Below are positions 1 to 13,193 of a DNA stretch of 64,000 nt, one piece after another; the stretch's first letter is position 1, and each line of letters starts with the position of its first letter. Both the position numbers and the translations under genes were made by a program. A model generated the notes under the pieces. It worked only from the letters and a program-made list of their open reading frames with translations, ran no database searches and was not told the DNA's origin. The stretch comes from a candidate division Kazan bacterium GW2011_GWA1_50_15. GTDB lineage: Bacteria > Patescibacteriota > Kazan-3B-28. Location: the NCBI GenBank assembly GCA_001029795.1, contig CP011216.1, forward strand, positions 211,398 to 275,397, given 5' to 3'.

Positions 1-1
1 G

Positions 2-2188
2 AAGAAGGACTTTAAGACAGCATTCGTTAAAGGACTGACCGGACTGGCTTCCGAGGTGGTACGAGGGGCTTTGAGCGGCCAGCCACCGGTGCCGGCCGTG
101 CCGGGCAAAGTGGAATTGCCTCCCGGGGTGGATGAGGTCTTAAAGCGGATAGAAGAAAAAAGCAACAAGCTTGGCTTTCAGGTGCGGATCCGGATAGTGG
201 CGCTGGATCAGACCGCCGCCGCCGCCCGTCAGAAGCTGGACTTGGTGGTGGGCTCGTTTAAACAATTCAACACCACTAATCTAAATGGATTCGCCGCGGT
301 GCCAGTGGCGGCACCGGCGGAAGTTATTTTGCGCGACTACGAACATCGGGGGTTTGGCGGTAAGGGCGCCATCTTAAATGTGGCCGAATTGGCCAGCATT
401 TATCATCTGCCGAGTAAGACCGTGACCACCCCGCACATTGTTTGGGCGGGCTCCAAAAAAGGGGAACCGCCAGCCAACTTGCCGTTGGCTGATGAGATAC
501 CGTCTGAAGAGCTGACGAATTTAGGGATCACGGATTTCCGCGGCAGTACAGAAAAATTCGGCATTAAAATTAAAGACCGCCGCAGGCATGTCTATATCAT
601 CGGGAAAAGCGGTGTAGGCAAATCGACACTCTTAGAAAATATGACGCTGGACGACATTCGCGAACGCCGCGGCGTGGGCGTGGTGGATCCGCACGGCGAG
701 TATGTCGACTATGTTTTGGAACGCATCCCATCATATCGGATGAACGATGTTATCGTATTTGACCCGGGCGACCGCAGTTTCCCGATCGGATTTAATGTGT
801 TAGAGGTGGATACGCCAGACCAGAAAGTGGTCACGGCCTCCGGGGTTGTGGGCGTATTTAAAAAGATATTCGGTGAGTCGTGGGGGCCGCGGCTGGAGTA
901 TTGGCTCTCTTCGGCCATCCTGGCGCTGTTGGACTATCCGGACGCGACTTTGATGATGGTGCCGCGGTTGTTTACCGACGATACTTTTCGGGCCGGAGTG
1001 ATCGATGCGGTCAAGGATCCGGTCATTAAACAACGGTGGCTGAACGAGTATGACCGGCTTGACCAGCGCCAGCGCAACGAGACCATTTCGCCAATTTTGA
1101 ATAAAGTAGGACAGTTCCTGTCCAGTTCCGTTATCCGCAACATCGTCGGTCAGCCCAAGAGCTCTATTGATATGCGGGAGGTGATGGACGAGGGTAAGAT
1201 CGTGCTGATCAAACTGGCCAAAGGATTGATCGGGGAGGACAACGCGGCGCTTTTAGGGGCGCTGATGATTACCAAGCTGCAGTTGGCGGCGCTGTCGCGG
1301 GCGGATGTGGAGGAAGCCAAGCGGCCGGACTTTTTCTTGTATGTTGATGAGTTCCAAAACTTTGCTACCGATTCATTCGCCACGATTTTGTCGGAGGCAC
1401 GCAAATACCATTTGAGTTTGACGCTGGCCAACCAATATATGAGCCAGCTGTCGGATACGGTCAAGAACGCTATCTTTGGCAATGTGGGGACGCTGGTATC
1501 GTTCCGAGTGGGCGGTGATGATGCCGGATTTTTGACCAAAGAGTTCGCGCCAGTGTTTGACGAACAGGATTTGGTGAATTTGGATATCTTTAAAGTTTAT
1601 TTGAAGCTATCGATCGACGGGTTAACGGCGAATGCGTTCTCGGCCGTGACCCTGCCGCCTTCCACTGACCAGAACCAGAATAGTGAGAAGATCATCAAAT
1701 TGTCGCGCGAACGCTACGCCAAGGATGTGAAGTTCGTGGAGGGTAAGGTACTGTCTAGCGCTGATGTCAGCGCCGCACTGGCCTCTGCCCCCAAGACTGC
1801 GCCGTGGGCTGGTCAGAAACCGTCTCAGTACGGCCAGCGGCCCCCGCAAGGGCAAGGGACGAGCCGTCCGCCGATGAGTAGTGGTTCTCGGCCGCCGCTG
1901 AGGCCCAGTGCGCCCGTCCAGCGGACCGGGCCCAAGATCGACCTATTGAAAAATCTCATCTCCAAAGTTGAGCGTCAGAAACAAGCGCCATTGAGTGAGG
2001 GTGAGAAAGAGGATGTGGCCAAGACCTTAATGAACGATCTCAAAGATGCGACTGGTTCGATGAAGGATGCATTGGACCGGGCCCGGCAGCAGCGCGAGGA
2101 AGAACAGAAACAATCAAGTGAGTTAAAGCCCAACGAGCCGATCAAGTTGGATGAGGACGATTACGATCCACATAACGAACGTCGGTAA
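2..2188 (+). CDS. VirB4/TraG(VirD4)-like P-loop ATPase (type IV secretion/HerA-FtsK superfamily), 5'-partial
   Basis: Walker A GKSGVGKS, DPHGE, Walker B LYVDEFQNF, LSEARKY; the frame is open from position 2, so the true start lies upstream of the window; low-complexity Pro/Gln C-terminal tail. Confidence 0.85.
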   Translation, partial: KKDFKTAFVKGLTGLASEVVRGALSGQPPVPAVPGKVELPPGVDEVLKRIEEKSNKLGFQVRIRIVALDQTAAAARQKLDLVVGSFKQFNTTNLNGFAAVPVAAPAEVILRDYEHRGFGGKGAILNVAELASIYHLPSKTVTTPHIVWAGSKKGEPPANLPLADEIPSEELTNLGITDFRGSTEKFGIKIKDRRRHVYIIGKSGVGKSTLLENMTLDDIRERRGVGVVDPHGEYVDYVLERIPSYRMNDVIVFDPGDRSFPIGFNVLEVDTPDQKVVTASGVVGVFKKIFGESWGPRLEYWLSSAILALLDYPDATLMMVPRLFTDDTFRAGVIDAVKDPVIKQRWLNEYDRLDQRQRNETISPILNKVGQFLSSSVIRNIVGQPKSSIDMREVMDEGKIVLIKLAKGLIGEDNAALLGALMITKLQLAALSRADVEEAKRPDFFLYVDEFQNFATDSFATILSEARKYHLSLTLANQYMSQLSDTVKNAIFGNVGTLVSFRVGGDDAGFLTKEFAPVFDEQDLVNLDIFKVYLKLSIDGLTANAFSAVTLPPSTDQNQNSEKIIKLSRERYAKDVKFVEGKVLSSADVSAALASAPKTAPWAGQKPSQYGQRPPQGQGTSRPPMSSGSRPPLRPSAPVQRTGPKIDLLKNLISKVERQKQAPLSEGEKEDVAKTLMNDLKDATGSMKDALDRARQQREEEQKQSSELKPNEPIKLDEDDYDPHNERR

Positions 2189-2255
2189 AAATCTTGACCT
2201 AGAGCGCAGGATGGGATAGATTACACCTATCTTTCTTGTTCTTTGGAGGTGAAAA

Positions 2256-2615
2256 ATGAACGGTGCGATGATGCCTCCTCCGCCAGCATTAGCGGAGGTA
2301 CGCGCAGCATATATCGAGGCGCTCGTGGAAGACGACATTGCTCGTGCTCACCGGCTGGCCGAGAGTGCCAATATCGACGCCAACACAGTGACGCGGTGGA
2401 TATGCGCGGCCATTGGTCTGCTCGTTGATGAGTGGAGGTTCAGACAAGCGCTAACCCTGGCCATTGGTTGTAATCTGCCGATGCATGTAACCCGACACAT
2501 TATCGTAGAGTGGCGCAAAGCCGATGTCGTGCCGGGGACTCGGGATACAGCCATCGTTGACGTGCTCTGCGACCATCCGGCGCTGGCCTATTTATTCCCG
2601 GATGAGGAGGGTTAG
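2256..2615 (+). CDS. hypothetical protein (orphan cassette)
   Basis: 119-aa ORF with GGAGG SD, upstream TTGACC..TAGATT promoter-like site, protein-like composition. Confidence 0.65.
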   Translation: MNGAMMPPPPALAEVRAAYIEALVEDDIARAHRLAESANIDANTVTRWICAAIGLLVDEWRFRQALTLAIGCNLPMHVTRHIIVEWRKADVVPGTRDTAIVDVLCDHPALAYLFPDEEG

Positions 2616-2618
2616 CCG

Positions 2619-2798
2619 ATGCCGTGTTCAGCTTGTGGCGAAAGCGCCGTGAATATGTGTCCCCATTGCGGATGGCCGTTCTGCACCGAGCATATGCAGG
2701 AGCACAACTGCTGGCCGGATGCCGGCCGCCCATTGGTCGCTTTTCCCGATAAGGTCGGGGAGGATGCCGGTGACCGACCGTCTCATCAGAGTCCTTGA
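2619..2798 (+). CDS. small AN1-like zinc-finger protein, 59 aa (absent from the ORF track)
   Basis: MPCSACGESAVNMCPHCGWPFCTEHMQEHNCW...; GAGGAGG SD at 2604-2610; stop immediately before a terminator. Confidence 0.75.
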   Translation: MPCSACGESAVNMCPHCGWPFCTEHMQEHNCWPDAGRPLVAFPDKVGEDAGDRPSHQSP

Positions 2799-2805
2799 AT
2801 TTTAT

Positions 2806-2833
2806 AAAGCCAACCCTTGCGGTTGGCTTTTTT
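2806..2833 (+). terminator. intrinsic terminator
   Basis: AAAGCCAACC-cttgc-GGTTGGCTTT followed by a T run. Confidence 0.8.
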
Positions 2834-2885
2834 CTTGCTCTGGGAGCGGGTTAGGAATAGAATTAAAGTGAAGTAGAATACTCTT

Positions 2886-6158
<3,273 letters not shown>

Positions 6159-6159
<1 letters not shown>

Positions 6160-6545
6160 TGGACCTACGGCGATTGAAAAATAGTTTTGTTTACGCCATG
6201 CGCGGAATTGGTGAATTGTTTCGCGGTCAGCAGAACTTTCGCATTGAAGTTATTGGTGCGGTAGTGGTGATAGCTGTCGCTTATGCTCTGCAAGTGCGGA
6301 CGATCGAAAAAGCCATTTTAACTTTGGTTATCTTGTTGGTCTTAGCAGCCGAAGCGACTAACAGTGTGTTGGAACGGGTTTTGGATGGGGTGAACAAGGA
6401 GATTAACCCGCACTTCCGCGCGGCCAAAGATATGATGGCGGGTCTGACCCTGTTGATGGTTATTGGCGCCATCGTGGTCGGATTCATCATTTTTTATCCA
6501 TATCTGAAACCGATACTTTGGTCCCCTAGTCGGTTGGCCGGGTGA
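6159..6545 (+). CDS. dgkA: diacylglycerol/undecaprenol kinase family protein
   Basis: SFVYAMRGI, NFRI, EATNSVLE, AKDMMAG; three TM segments. Confidence 0.88.
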
Positions 6546-6621
6546 TGTGATGCAGTAAAGCGTTTGATTCCGGGCGGTTTTTTCTTTGTCTGAAGCTCTC
6601 TTTTTCAGCTATAATGGCAGT

Positions 6622-6927
6622 ATGCCTCTGCCCAAAGACCAGGTAGAGTGGGTGGCGCGGCTGGCTTACATCGAGCTGACCAAGGCCGAAACATCCAAAT
6701 ATGCCGAAGAACTGTCGGCGGTTTTAGGGTATGTGGATGAGTTGCGGGAAGTAGATACCTCTACGGTTGACGGTAATCCGCCAGCTGGCGGACAAATTAC
6801 GGGTTTGAGCAATGTCTTGGCGGCTGATGCCGTGTCACCATCTGAGATCACTCGGGAGGAGTTTTTGGAGCGGGCGCCGGCATCGGAAAAAGGCTATATC
6901 AAGGTGAAGAGTGTCTTTAAGAAATGA
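6622..6927 (+). CDS. gatC: Asp/Glu-tRNA amidotransferase subunit C
   Basis: VARLAYIEL, LSAVLGYVDEL..VDT, GYIKVKSV; first gene before gatA; ATG at 6622 follows TATAAT. Confidence 0.92.
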   Translation: MPLPKDQVEWVARLAYIELTKAETSKYAEELSAVLGYVDELREVDTSTVDGNPPAGGQITGLSNVLAADAVSPSEITREEFLERAPASEKGYIKVKSVFKK

Positions 6928-6951
6928 CAAATTAAAAATTACAAATAACAA

Positions 6952-8304
6952 ATGGAGATTAGAGAGGCGGAAAAACTGGGGATTGAGAAGGCGACGGAGG
7001 AGTCGTTGAAGATTATTAAATCCAAGAGCGAGCTCAATGCGATTTTGTCTGTCAACGACAAGCCGAAACTGTCCAAAAGCGGAAGTTTGAATGTTCCGTA
7101 TATCTGCAAAGATAATATCGTCACTAAAGAACTGCCGACTACGGCTGCCTCCAAAATCTTGGAGGGATTTGTTTCTCCGTATGAGGCAACCGTGGTGATG
7201 AAACTGCGAGAGGCCGGGGCGGTGATGGTGGGCAAATCCAATTTGGACGAGTTCGCTATGGGTTCCAGCACTGAAAATTCAGCTTTTGGTCCAACTAAGA
7301 ATCCACATGACCCAACTCGGGTGCCGGGCGGCAGTTCCGGTGGCTCAGCTGCGGCCGTAGCGGCCGGTATGGCCTCATTTGCCTTGGGCAGCGATACGGG
7401 TGGCTCCATCCGTCAGCCAGCCAGTTTTTGCGGGGTGGTGGGACTAATGCCAACCTACGGCCGAGTTAGTCGGTATGGGCTAATCGCTATGGCCAGTTCG
7501 CTGGACCGGATCGGTCCGATTACCACCAACGTGAAAGATGCGGCGAGAGTTTTGCGGGTAATCGCTGGACATGACGAACATGATTCCACCACAATGGCTA
7601 TCGAAGTGCCAGATTATGTGGCAGCGCTGGATGGCGACATTAAGGACTTAAAGATAGGTGTCCCTAAGGGATTTTTTGACGAGGGCGTAGACGCGCCAGT
7701 AGCGCAAGCAGTGCAAGCGGCGGTCGATAAATTACGACAGTTAGGAGCGATCGTGAGCGAGATAGAATTGCCACACGCAAAATTTGCTCTTGCGACTTAC
7801 TATATTCTTCAGCCCTCCGAAGTATCGGCTAATTTGGCGCGGTATGACGGCATTCGGTATGGGTTAAGTGCCTCTGATGCTAAAAATTTGTGGGAAGTTT
7901 ACGATAAATCTCGAGCTCAAGGATTTGGGGCGGAGGTGAAACGGCGGATAATGCTTGGGACTTACACGCTCTCGGCAGGTTTCCGCGATGCCTACTACGA
8001 CAAAGCCCAGCGGGTGCGGACACTCATCAAACAGGATTTTGATAAGGCGTTCAAGCAGGTGGATGTTATTATCACGCCGACTACCCCGACGGTGGCGTTC
8101 AAGCTCGGGGAGCGGGCCAAAGATCCGTTGAGTATGTACAAGGCGGACTTGCTGACCACGCCGGCCAGCTTGGCGGGTATTCCAGTTATCTCGGTACCGT
8201 GCGGAGAGGTGGAGGGACTACCGGTGGGATTACAAATTATGGGTCGGCAGTTCGACGAAAAGACCATTTTGCGGGTGGCCTACGCATATGAACAGAAGCA
8301 GTAA
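6952..8304 (+). CDS. gatA: Asp/Glu-tRNA amidotransferase subunit A
   Basis: [50 protein letters not shown]. Confidence 0.97.
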   Translation: MEIREAEKLGIEKATEESLKIIKSKSELNAILSVNDKPKLSKSGSLNVPYICKDNIVTKELPTTAASKILEGFVSPYEATVVMKLREAGAVMVGKSNLDEFAMGSSTENSAFGPTKNPHDPTRVPGGSSGGSAAAVAAGMASFALGSDTGGSIRQPASFCGVVGLMPTYGRVSRYGLIAMASSLDRIGPITTNVKDAARVLRVIAGHDEHDSTTMAIEVPDYVAALDGDIKDLKIGVPKGFFDEGVDAPVAQAVQAAVDKLRQLGAIVSEIELPHAKFALATYYILQPSEVSANLARYDGIRYGLSASDAKNLWEVYDKSRAQGFGAEVKRRIMLGTYTLSAGFRDAYYDKAQRVRTLIKQDFDKAFKQVDVIITPTTPTVAFKLGERAKDPLSMYKADLLTTPASLAGIPVISVPCGEVEGLPVGLQIMGRQFDEKTILRVAYAYEQKQ

Positions 8305-8364
8305 AAAGTTTACGTCCCTTCTCGCCACTATTCATAATTCACTATTCATCATTCATTCTTTCAA

Positions 8365-8778
8365 ATGATTTACGGCTGGATACTATTTATCGTAGTGGTA
8401 CTGGGCGGAGGCATGATGCTTTACGCGATGTCTAAGAAGCGGGCCTTGTCCGATATTGATCGGGACAAGGTGCGTTCCGCTTGGGCCAATATCGAACTTC
8501 TAGTGGAGGGTGATAATGACTCAGAGTGGGTCAAGGCAGTGTTTGAGGCCGATAAACTTTTGGATTTTGCATTGGTCCAGCGCCGAGTGGCGGGCGAAAG
8601 TTTGGGTGAGCGTTTAAAGAATGCTAAACCATTATTTGGCAATATCGATGCGGCTTGGCAGGCGCATAAGGTGCGCAATGAGTTAGCTCACAATATGAAC
8701 GCTCAACTGACGCGTCCACAGATCGAACGGGCGATGGATAATTTTAAGCGGGCGTTGAGGCGGTTGGGAGCGCTGTGA
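8365..8778 (+). CDS. membrane-anchored hypothetical protein
   Basis: N-terminal TM helix; AVFEADKLLD..GESLGERLK..AWQAHKVRNELAH (RxxxxH, HEPN-like motif). Confidence 0.75.
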   Translation: MIYGWILFIVVVLGGGMMLYAMSKKRALSDIDRDKVRSAWANIELLVEGDNDSEWVKAVFEADKLLDFALVQRRVAGESLGERLKNAKPLFGNIDAAWQAHKVRNELAHNMNAQLTRPQIERAMDNFKRALRRLGAL

Positions 8779-8813
8779 ACGAATAGTGAATAATGAATCA
8801 TGAATTAGGAATT

Positions 8814-10220
8814 ATGGAAGAGGCGGACGCAAAATATGAGGCGGTGATCGGGCTGGAGATCCACGTCCAGCTAAGGACTGTGTCCAAGATGTTTTGTCGG
8901 TGCGATAACGATTCTGACAAGGCTCGGCCGAACACTAATGTCTGCCCAGTGTGTATGGGTTATCCGGGGACATTGCCGGTAACGAACGAGCAGGCCATAG
9001 ATTGGGGCATTAAAACCGCGTTGGCGCTGGGTTGCGCGGTGAATCCATTGCAGCGGTTTGATCGCAAGAACTACTTCTACCCGGACCTGCCAAAAGGTTA
9101 TCAGATTTCACAGTTCTTTTATCCGGTAGGCGAAAAGGGCAATGTGGATGTGGACTATTTGGCGTCTGATCGCAAGACCAGAAAGGAGTTTTCGGTCGGG
9201 ATAACACGGCTGCACCTTGAGGAGGATGCTGGCAAACTTATCCATACCCAGGACGGTACGCTAGTGGACTTGAACCGGTGTGGGACACCCCTGATAGAGA
9301 TCGTGACCGAGCCGGATATTAAATCGCCGGAAGAGGCCAAGGCGTTTATGCAAGAGTTGCAAAGGATGGTCAGAAGCCTCGGCGTATCGATGGCTGATAT
9401 GGAAAAAGGACACTTACGGGTGGACGCCAACGTGTCGGTCAGACCGATCGGCCAAGACGTCTTAGGAGCGAAGGTGGAGGTCAAAAACATGAACTCATTT
9501 AAGTTTATGGAAATGGCCTTGAAATTCGAGGTTGAGCGGCAAACGGCGATGCTAGAAAAAGGGGAGGTGATCGAACAAGAGACCCGGGGGTGGGATGAAA
9601 AGACCAATTCAACCGTATCTCAGCGGACTAAGGAAGGTTCGGTTGATTACCGGTATTTCCCCGAGCCGGACCTGCCCCCTATCTATATTGATCAAGATAA
9701 GATAGACGGAACTAAGAATCAATTAGCAGCGTTGCCGGCTGAGTTACGGTCGCGGGGCGAGGCGAGCGGTCTGCCGTATGCGCGGGTGGTCGAGTTGCAG
9801 GACTTGGGTAAAATGTCCGAGTTCGTGCAATTAACAACAGACTATAACGATATTGACCCGGTGCTGTTGGCTAACTGGATCACTAAAGACTTTGCCAGCA
9901 CTAAAGACCTGCGCGAGTTTGTGATAATTGTTAAATTAGAAGGTCTGTCTAACGCAGCGGCGCAAAAACTGTACGCTCTAATGCAGACCAAGAAGCTGCC
10001 GCCGCAGGATCTGGTTGGGCAGATCCAGATGGCGGATAAAGATGAACTAACCGGCCTAGTAAAACAGGTTTTGGCGGAGAACGCCGACGCAGTGGCCAAA
10101 TTTAAAGCAGGCAATACCCAGGTTTTGGCCTATCTAACGGGGCAGGTGATGAAGAAGAGTGGGGGAAGGGCAGAACCCGCTCTGGCACAGCAAATTTTGC
10201 AATCCCTCTTGACAGATTAA
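8814..10220 (+). CDS. gatB: Asp/Glu-tRNA amidotransferase subunit B
   Basis: VIGLEIHVQL, FDRKNYFYPDLPKGYQISQ, HLEEDAGK, DYRYFPEPDLPP; alternative start at 8793 lies within a repeat. Confidence 0.97.
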   Translation: MEEADAKYEAVIGLEIHVQLRTVSKMFCRCDNDSDKARPNTNVCPVCMGYPGTLPVTNEQAIDWGIKTALALGCAVNPLQRFDRKNYFYPDLPKGYQISQFFYPVGEKGNVDVDYLASDRKTRKEFSVGITRLHLEEDAGKLIHTQDGTLVDLNRCGTPLIEIVTEPDIKSPEEAKAFMQELQRMVRSLGVSMADMEKGHLRVDANVSVRPIGQDVLGAKVEVKNMNSFKFMEMALKFEVERQTAMLEKGEVIEQETRGWDEKTNSTVSQRTKEGSVDYRYFPEPDLPPIYIDQDKIDGTKNQLAALPAELRSRGEASGLPYARVVELQDLGKMSEFVQLTTDYNDIDPVLLANWITKDFASTKDLREFVIIVKLEGLSNAAAQKLYALMQTKKLPPQDLVGQIQMADKDELTGLVKQVLAENADAVAKFKAGNTQVLAYLTGQVMKKSGGRAEPALAQQILQSLLTD

Positions 10221-10278
10221 AGGAAGTATGGTATAATGGAAGTGAGAGCTAAAAAACTTTTAAATCTGCCTTCTAGGA

Positions 10279-10665
10279 ATGGCAAACTCTAATTCTAACG
10301 GGGGTAGAAAGGTTCGAGAGATGAATACTAAACCTTTTGGGGATGGCGAGCGGATCTTATCCCAAGATTCCGTTCAGCACGAGCTACCAGAAGCGGATCA
10401 GACAGAACTAACCCGTTCGGCCGAACAGCCGATCTTAGACGATGAAGACAATGCGGATGTGGCCGTTCCGTTCGTCGACGCTGATGTTGTTGGTCAAGTT
10501 TACAGCCCGGAGGCGACAGTTAAGGCTATGGCAGCGAGTGCGATAGCTGGTAGCCGAAAGGGCGGCGATAGGGCACACGAACTGATCGAGCGTGTTTTTC
10601 AGAGTGATTTGGCTAGCGATAGCGGTGCGTTGAATCGAGTTGTGCAGGTGTTAAACCAACGTTAA
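10279..10665 (+). CDS. hypothetical acidic protein
   Basis: 128-aa ORF after TATAAT (10232-10237), directly upstream of the second ATPase; start could be 10321. Confidence 0.6.
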   Translation: MANSNSNGGRKVREMNTKPFGDGERILSQDSVQHELPEADQTELTRSAEQPILDDEDNADVAVPFVDADVVGQVYSPEATVKAMAASAIAGSRKGGDRAHELIERVFQSDLASDSGALNRVVQVLNQR

Positions 10666-10683
10666 CGGATAGGGGAGATACTA

Positions 10684-13092
10684 ATGATCTGGCTGGGGAT
10701 AATAATTTTTATGGTTGTGGCCGCCGTTGGCGGGTTTATTTTTGTGCGAGTCCGCAAACCCGCGGTTAAATCGGATGATGTGCGGACGCGGGTCAACTTG
10801 ATGATCACAGTCCCGCGCGGTAACAAGGAAGAGGCCCAAAAAGAGACTAAAGCGCTGGTCGCCCCAATGGAGGTGATCTTGAACAACCTAACTGGCGTAG
10901 CGGAAGTTATCGGCGAGCGCCACCTAACTTTCGAGATCGCCACGGAAGGGGAACTGATCACATTTTACGTCACCGTGCCGGACAGCCTGGTAGATTTTCT
11001 AGAGAAGCAGATTACTTCGCAGTATCCGGAAGCGGCAGTGGAGCGGGCTCCGTATCCAAACATTTTTCCCAAAGAGGGGAAGGTGGCCGCGGTTCAGCTA
11101 AAGTTACAAAAAGATAGTTGGCTGCCCCTCGTAACATATGAAAAATTGAGTGCTGACGGACTTAACGCGCTGACCAATGCTTTAAGCAAACTGGTAGATA
11201 TGCAGTCTGGCGCCGCTATCCAGATCGCATTCCGGCCAACCACCCGAACCAGCTGGCAGACTAAGGCCCACAGTATCGCTAGAAGCATGCAGCAGGGCAA
11301 GGAGGCGGGGAGCATCGGTCAAGGCGTGGTGAAGGGTCTGGGTGGGCTAGTGACCGGCCCAGAGAGTAAAGATAAGAGCAGCGAGCCGCCTAAGAAACTT
11401 ACTCAACTACAAGAAGAAGTGATCGCTCGAATAGAACAGAAAGCCTCTAAACCAGGGTTTGATGTGGTGGTCCGGTTGATAGCAGCGGCGCCGGACGAAG
11501 CTCAGGCTCGGATGCATCTGCGGTCGCTGTCAGATAGTTTTTTGCAGTTTGGCTCGCCAGAGATGAATCGATTTGTGGTCGCCACGGAGCCGGAGTCGGA
11601 AGTGGTGCGCAACTATGTTTTGCGTCAGTTTGGAGATGTGAAGGGGAGTTTCATTTTGAATGTAGAGGAACTGGCGACCGTGTTCCATATTCCCACAGCT
11701 CAGATCGATACGCCTAACGTGCGATGGCAGAAAGCCAAACGATTGCCGGCGCCGGATAATTTGCCGGTTGATGGGGTGATCTTGGGCAAGAATGTATTCC
11801 GGGGTGTGGACAAAACGGTACGGATAAAAACTGATGACCGGCGCCGGCATGTCTACACCATCGGTAAAACCGGGACAGGGAAGACTACTTGGATGCAGAA
11901 TTTAGCTCTGCAGGATATCGTTAACGGCGAGGGGGTGGCTGTCATTGATCCGCATGGCGATATGATCGAGTGGTTGCTGCAGCGCATCCCCAAAGACAGA
12001 GTGGATGACGTGATCTATTTCTATCCGCCGGACGTGGAGCGGCCATTGGGGCTGAACCTGCTGGAGGCTAAGACCGCTGCGGCCAAAGATATGGTTGTGG
12101 TTGAGATGATAGCGATATTTTATAAACTGTTTGACCCGCAGAGTTCGGGTATTGTTGGTCCGATATTTGAGCACTACATGCGCAATGCCATGTTGCTGCT
12201 GTTGGCTGATCCCGAGGATGGAGCGACTTTGATTGATATCCCGCGAGTGTTCACCGACAAGACTTTCCGGGAGCGTAAACTCCAACACGTCTCTGATCCC
12301 ACTGTGCTGCGATTCTGGAAGGAAGAGTTTGCCCAGGCGGAAAAAAGTAATCAGGTGGGGGAGTTGTTCTCCTACATTGTTTCCAAAGTAGGACGGTTTA
12401 TCAGCAACGAGATGATGCGGAATATTGTGGGCCAGACCAAGAGCGCCTTTGATATCCGTGACATTATGGATAACAAAAAGATCCTGCTGGTTAATTTGGC
12501 CAAAGGTCTGACCGGCGATATCAACAGTAATTTGTTGGGCTTTATCATTGTCTCGAAACTGCAGATGGCAGCGTTGTCTCGAGCGGATGTATCGGAGATG
12601 AACCGACCGGACTTCTACCTCTATATCGACGAGTTCCAAAACGTAACGACGGATTCTATCTCCACGATCTTGTCGGAGGCCAGAAAGTATCGTTTGAATC
12701 TAACGATCGCGCATCAGTTCGTGGCACAGCTGGAAGATAAGATCCGCGACGCGGTTTTGGGTAACGTCGGTTCGATCGTAGCGTTCAGGATCGGCGCACC
12801 GGATACGGATGTGATCGGCAAAGAGTTCGCGCCAGAGGTCAGCGAGAACGATTTGGTGAATATCGAGAGTCGCAATGCGTACGTAAAACTAATGATCGAT
12901 GGCGCGGCCAGCAAACCGTTCACTATGCAGACCTTGCCGCCGATGGGCCAAGATAATCCTAAGATCGGTTCGGCCATCAAGCAATTATCCCGCTTGAAGT
13001 TTGGGAAGGACCGTCGGATGGTAGAGCTGACCGTGGCAGAGCGGATTAAGTATGTGAAAGATATTGACCTGTCTGGGGACTTGCTGAAATAG
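10684..13092 (+). CDS. VirB4/TraG-like ATPase with N-terminal TM anchor (second paralog)
   Basis: TM helix, GKTGTGKT, DPHGD, LYIDEFQN, LSEARKY; collinear with ORF 2..2188. Confidence 0.88.
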   Translation: MIWLGIIIFMVVAAVGGFIFVRVRKPAVKSDDVRTRVNLMITVPRGNKEEAQKETKALVAPMEVILNNLTGVAEVIGERHLTFEIATEGELITFYVTVPDSLVDFLEKQITSQYPEAAVERAPYPNIFPKEGKVAAVQLKLQKDSWLPLVTYEKLSADGLNALTNALSKLVDMQSGAAIQIAFRPTTRTSWQTKAHSIARSMQQGKEAGSIGQGVVKGLGGLVTGPESKDKSSEPPKKLTQLQEEVIARIEQKASKPGFDVVVRLIAAAPDEAQARMHLRSLSDSFLQFGSPEMNRFVVATEPESEVVRNYVLRQFGDVKGSFILNVEELATVFHIPTAQIDTPNVRWQKAKRLPAPDNLPVDGVILGKNVFRGVDKTVRIKTDDRRRHVYTIGKTGTGKTTWMQNLALQDIVNGEGVAVIDPHGDMIEWLLQRIPKDRVDDVIYFYPPDVERPLGLNLLEAKTAAAKDMVVVEMIAIFYKLFDPQSSGIVGPIFEHYMRNAMLLLLADPEDGATLIDIPRVFTDKTFRERKLQHVSDPTVLRFWKEEFAQAEKSNQVGELFSYIVSKVGRFISNEMMRNIVGQTKSAFDIRDIMDNKKILLVNLAKGLTGDINSNLLGFIIVSKLQMAALSRADVSEMNRPDFYLYIDEFQNVTTDSISTILSEARKYRLNLTIAHQFVAQLEDKIRDAVLGNVGSIVAFRIGAPDTDVIGKEFAPEVSENDLVNIESRNAYVKLMIDGAASKPFTMQTLPPMGQDNPKIGSAIKQLSRLKFGKDRRMVELTVAERIKYVKDIDLSGDLLK

Positions 13093-13193
13093 CCCCCAGG
13101 GAGTATACTCGGGCATACAAAACAATTACAAATTAAAAATGACAAATTACAAATAAATCCGAAATACTAAATTAAAAAAAGAGGAGAAATAAA

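Noticed and set aside
11902-12639. 245-aa antisense ORF and similar shadow ORFs across the window
   Set aside because: Lie opposite well-supported genes; expected from codon bias
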